A stretch of 50,244 bases of DNA, the filler included, from Streblomastix strix (Eukaryota): assembly GCA_008636045.1 (NCBI GenBank). It is 3 parts of 3 records of this genome, joined end to end, with 100 filler letters (N's around TTAATTAATTAA, not from the genome) between each part and the next. Parts side by side here need not be neighbours in the genome. Positions count along the whole stretch, not along the records: positions 33,576 to 50,244 come from SNRW01000777.1; 2 more parts are not named here. The stretch is one strand, 5' to 3'. The notes below the pieces were generated by a model that saw only the letters and a program-made list of their open reading frames with translations, made no database searches and was not told the DNA's origin. Positions 47,301 to 50,244 of this stretch are shown in pieces (the first letter of the stretch is position 1; each line of letters opens with the position of its first letter). The translations under genes and the position numbers were made by a program.

Positions 47301-50244
47301 ATTCATTTTGGATATCACTTAATATTTTTATTATTTAAATACATTCTGCCATATTGTTTATAAATATAAAAGAACATTAATGAAAGTATTAATAATTAAT
47401 ATTATTTATGTAATTGTAAAGTTAATTCATAATTGATTGATATTAATAATAGATGTTAGTCTTCATTTCTTCTTGATGTTTTAATAGGAAATATTTCATA
47501 TATTGTGTATTAATATATATTTGAATGGCTCAATGAAAAGAAGAAAAGAATGAAAGAAGAAGAAAGTTTGTAAAACGATGAAAAATAACCATTTAATGCA
47601 TAATCATATAATAATTTAAATTTGTTATAATATCCTTCATCTTATATATCTTCATCTCCAAATACCTAATAACAATCTAATTTTTAATAAACTTTGATAA
47701 TAAATGGATAAAGATATAAATAATATTAATATCATGCAATGTTAGAAGCTCTTCTTTCTCTTTCATATTTCCCTTATTATATTATTCATCCATTTTTGAA
47801 TTATTAATAAGATTATGAATAATAAGATTAAGATGCAGAATGTGAAAATATTACAAAGAAAAGCAAAGATAAAGATTTAATTAAGGATTAAGAAAATCCT
47901 TCATTTTTGAATACGTATTCTAATTTTTCTCATTTTTAAAACACAAATAATAATAAAATCAATCCATTTCTTATTGAATAAGATGAATTTGAATTATCTT
48001 TAACTAAACCATCATCATTCGTTAATATTTCTGATAATAAAAATAAACAGAAATAAAAATCAATAGAAAAAAATTAAAAATTTATGAATAATAATTAATT
48101 AATAATGAACTATATATAAACATTTTCATTAATATAAAGAATATCAAAATAAACAGTTGTTTAAGAATTAATTAATGAGAGTAATGAAGATGAAGAATAT
48201 TAATAAATTAATAAAGAAATAGAAATGATAGAAAAACAAAAGTTATTAATTTAAAGAGAGAAAGATATATATGAATAAAAAGAATTATATCTAAATGAAG
48301 GCGTAAAAATCTTAGATGAATAATAAATGAAATAAAATGAAAAAGATTTGGAGGATGAAATGAAATAAAAGATAAATACATTAGAATTAAAGAAAGAAGA
48401 AAATATAAATAGAGAACAAAGATTGAAAATAAATTAATAAATAAAGATTCCATCATTACTATAAATGTTTCCCACACTAATTGAGTTGTTTGTTCTTATT
48501 AACTTATTTGGAAAATAAATATAAGATTAATAATAACTAAATAAACATTAATCTCCATAAACATCACAGTCTACTTTAATGCAACAACATCCCCATTAAT
48601 TCATCTCACCTTATTATTCTATTTCAACTTCTCATTTGAATTAGTTTCATTCTTATATAAATAATACTTATTCAGCTAATAATAAACAATAAATAAATAC
48701 TTTCTCTCTCATTCTTCCTAAAAGTATTTATTTGATTAATAATAAATAATAATAAGTAGAACAATAAAAAATTAATTTAGAAGATGTTAATATTAATATA
48801 GAAAGTGAAAATGAAAAGAAAATGATAAATAATTACGAAAGATTAAGTGTATATTTAAATAAATAAGAGTATAAATATGATTATTAAATTTTAATAAATA
48901 GTTTTCCCAATAATTCATTATCATAATTAGAAAAAATAACAGAATTAGATAATCAATAATATTCATTTTATTCAAATTCCATTATTCATTCTTCTTCTAA
49001 TAGTAAAATATAAATTATTAATATGATGAATAATCTATCTTCATTATTCCCTCTTCATTCTCTAATTCATTTATTATTTAGATATTCAATATAAGATTAG
49101 TATTTGAATTAAATAGTGAATTTACCGCTCAAATAGAACTGACAAAATACTTAATAACTGAATATATATAGTAGAATGCAAAAGATAGAAGATGGTGAAT
49201 TTATTCTCCTTTCATTATCATAATCAACTTTAAATACTATCGAAATGTTAATTGATGTTATTCAAACTGGATAAAATGAATAACTTTAGACACATAATGA
49301 ATAAATATAATAATTATTATAATAATCTTCATCTTCGAATATTCCTCAATTTAGTTAATATGAGTTATAGTGTATATGTTAATCATCTCCTCTTCTACTT
49401 CTTCATTCTCGTTTATTATTCATTATATAAATAATTATTTAGTAATCACAAAGATAATAATAATCTAATTAATAATCTTTATTCTCATCATCATCTGTTC
49501 AATTTGCTTAATTTGTTATGATGGGAATATCTGTGCATATTCATTTAATATTTTCTATTATTACCAAATATTAGGAACTGATACAAGAAATTGATTAAGA
49601 AGATGATTATGATTAATTTGACGAATTCTCTAATGAATAGAATACAGTTGAGAATTAAGAATAATTGCAAAATAAAATTGAAAACTTGAATTAAAAAGAA
49701 AATATCTAATAGTAACAAAAAATAATTGAAGGGATAAATATTATTGATATTAATGAATAAACTTAAGATTAAGAATAAAATGAATAATATTAATAAAATA
49801 AGCTTATTCAAAATAAAGAAGAAATTATAAGAGATAAAATTTGGAATGCAAATATTCGAAATTAATTAAAATCATTTCCTCTTCTTCTTTCATTTTCGTA
49901 TATTTCTTTACATTCATTCCTTCAAATATCGCATTTATTATCTTCTTAATCTTCTACTTTATTTATTCCTTTGTTTCTTACAATTCCTAAAATATAGAGA
50001 GATAATTAATTACCAAACAATATTAATAAAATGAAAAATAAAGATGATTAAAATATAAAAGATGATTAAATAAATAAAGTTGAAAAGAAATAGAAAAAGA
50101 AATAGAAAGATATAAAAGAATAATAAACATAATAACAGCTATAAAAATAACAATTAAATCATAATTGTATGTTAATATGGTCATTATCATTCATCTCATC
50201 ATCATAATACCCATATCCTCTTCGTATTCTTCTCTCTGAAATAC
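41325..50244 (+). CDS. Very large Q/N/S-rich protein of unknown family (3' partial); three in-frame TGA
   Basis: A short exon (~41325-41490) is followed by one frame from 41597 to the window end (~2,880 codons) with no frameshift. Hydrophobic helical blocks alternate with TAA-encoded poly-Q tracts. TGA at 42834, 44277 and 49140. The start is unresolved (candidate ATG near 41168). Confidence 0.7.

Overview
Very AT-rich eukaryotic DNA read with the ciliate-type code (TAA/TAG = Gln, TGA = stop) and mostly short GT-AG introns. This fits an oxymonad such as Streblomastix, but the organism is my inference. The supplied standard-code ORF track is therefore mostly artefact. The window joins three contigs with artificial 100-bp N/TTAATTAATTAA/N linkers (16692-16791, 33476-33575). 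Contig 1 has a decayed EFHC1/Rib72 fragment, a ~1-kb TIR element and an intact ~25-exon Cdc15/Cdc7/SepH-type kinase. Contig 2 is accessory. It holds several MITEs, two paralogous surface-protein genes with a degenerate papain fold (one intact, one pseudogene) that share a conserved upstream block and long intron apparently splitting the start codon (AT|G), a Polinton-type pPolB relic with an inserted HNH-like domain, and a 7-kb decayed highly reducing type I PKS. Contig 3 has a truncated SF-assemblin, a GCP6-like gamma-tubulin complex gene and a >8.6-kb Q/N-rich reading frame. The last two carry five in-frame TGA codons and no frameshift, which points either to UGA read-through or to recent pseudogenisation. 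All translations and family assignments were done by hand, without database searches.
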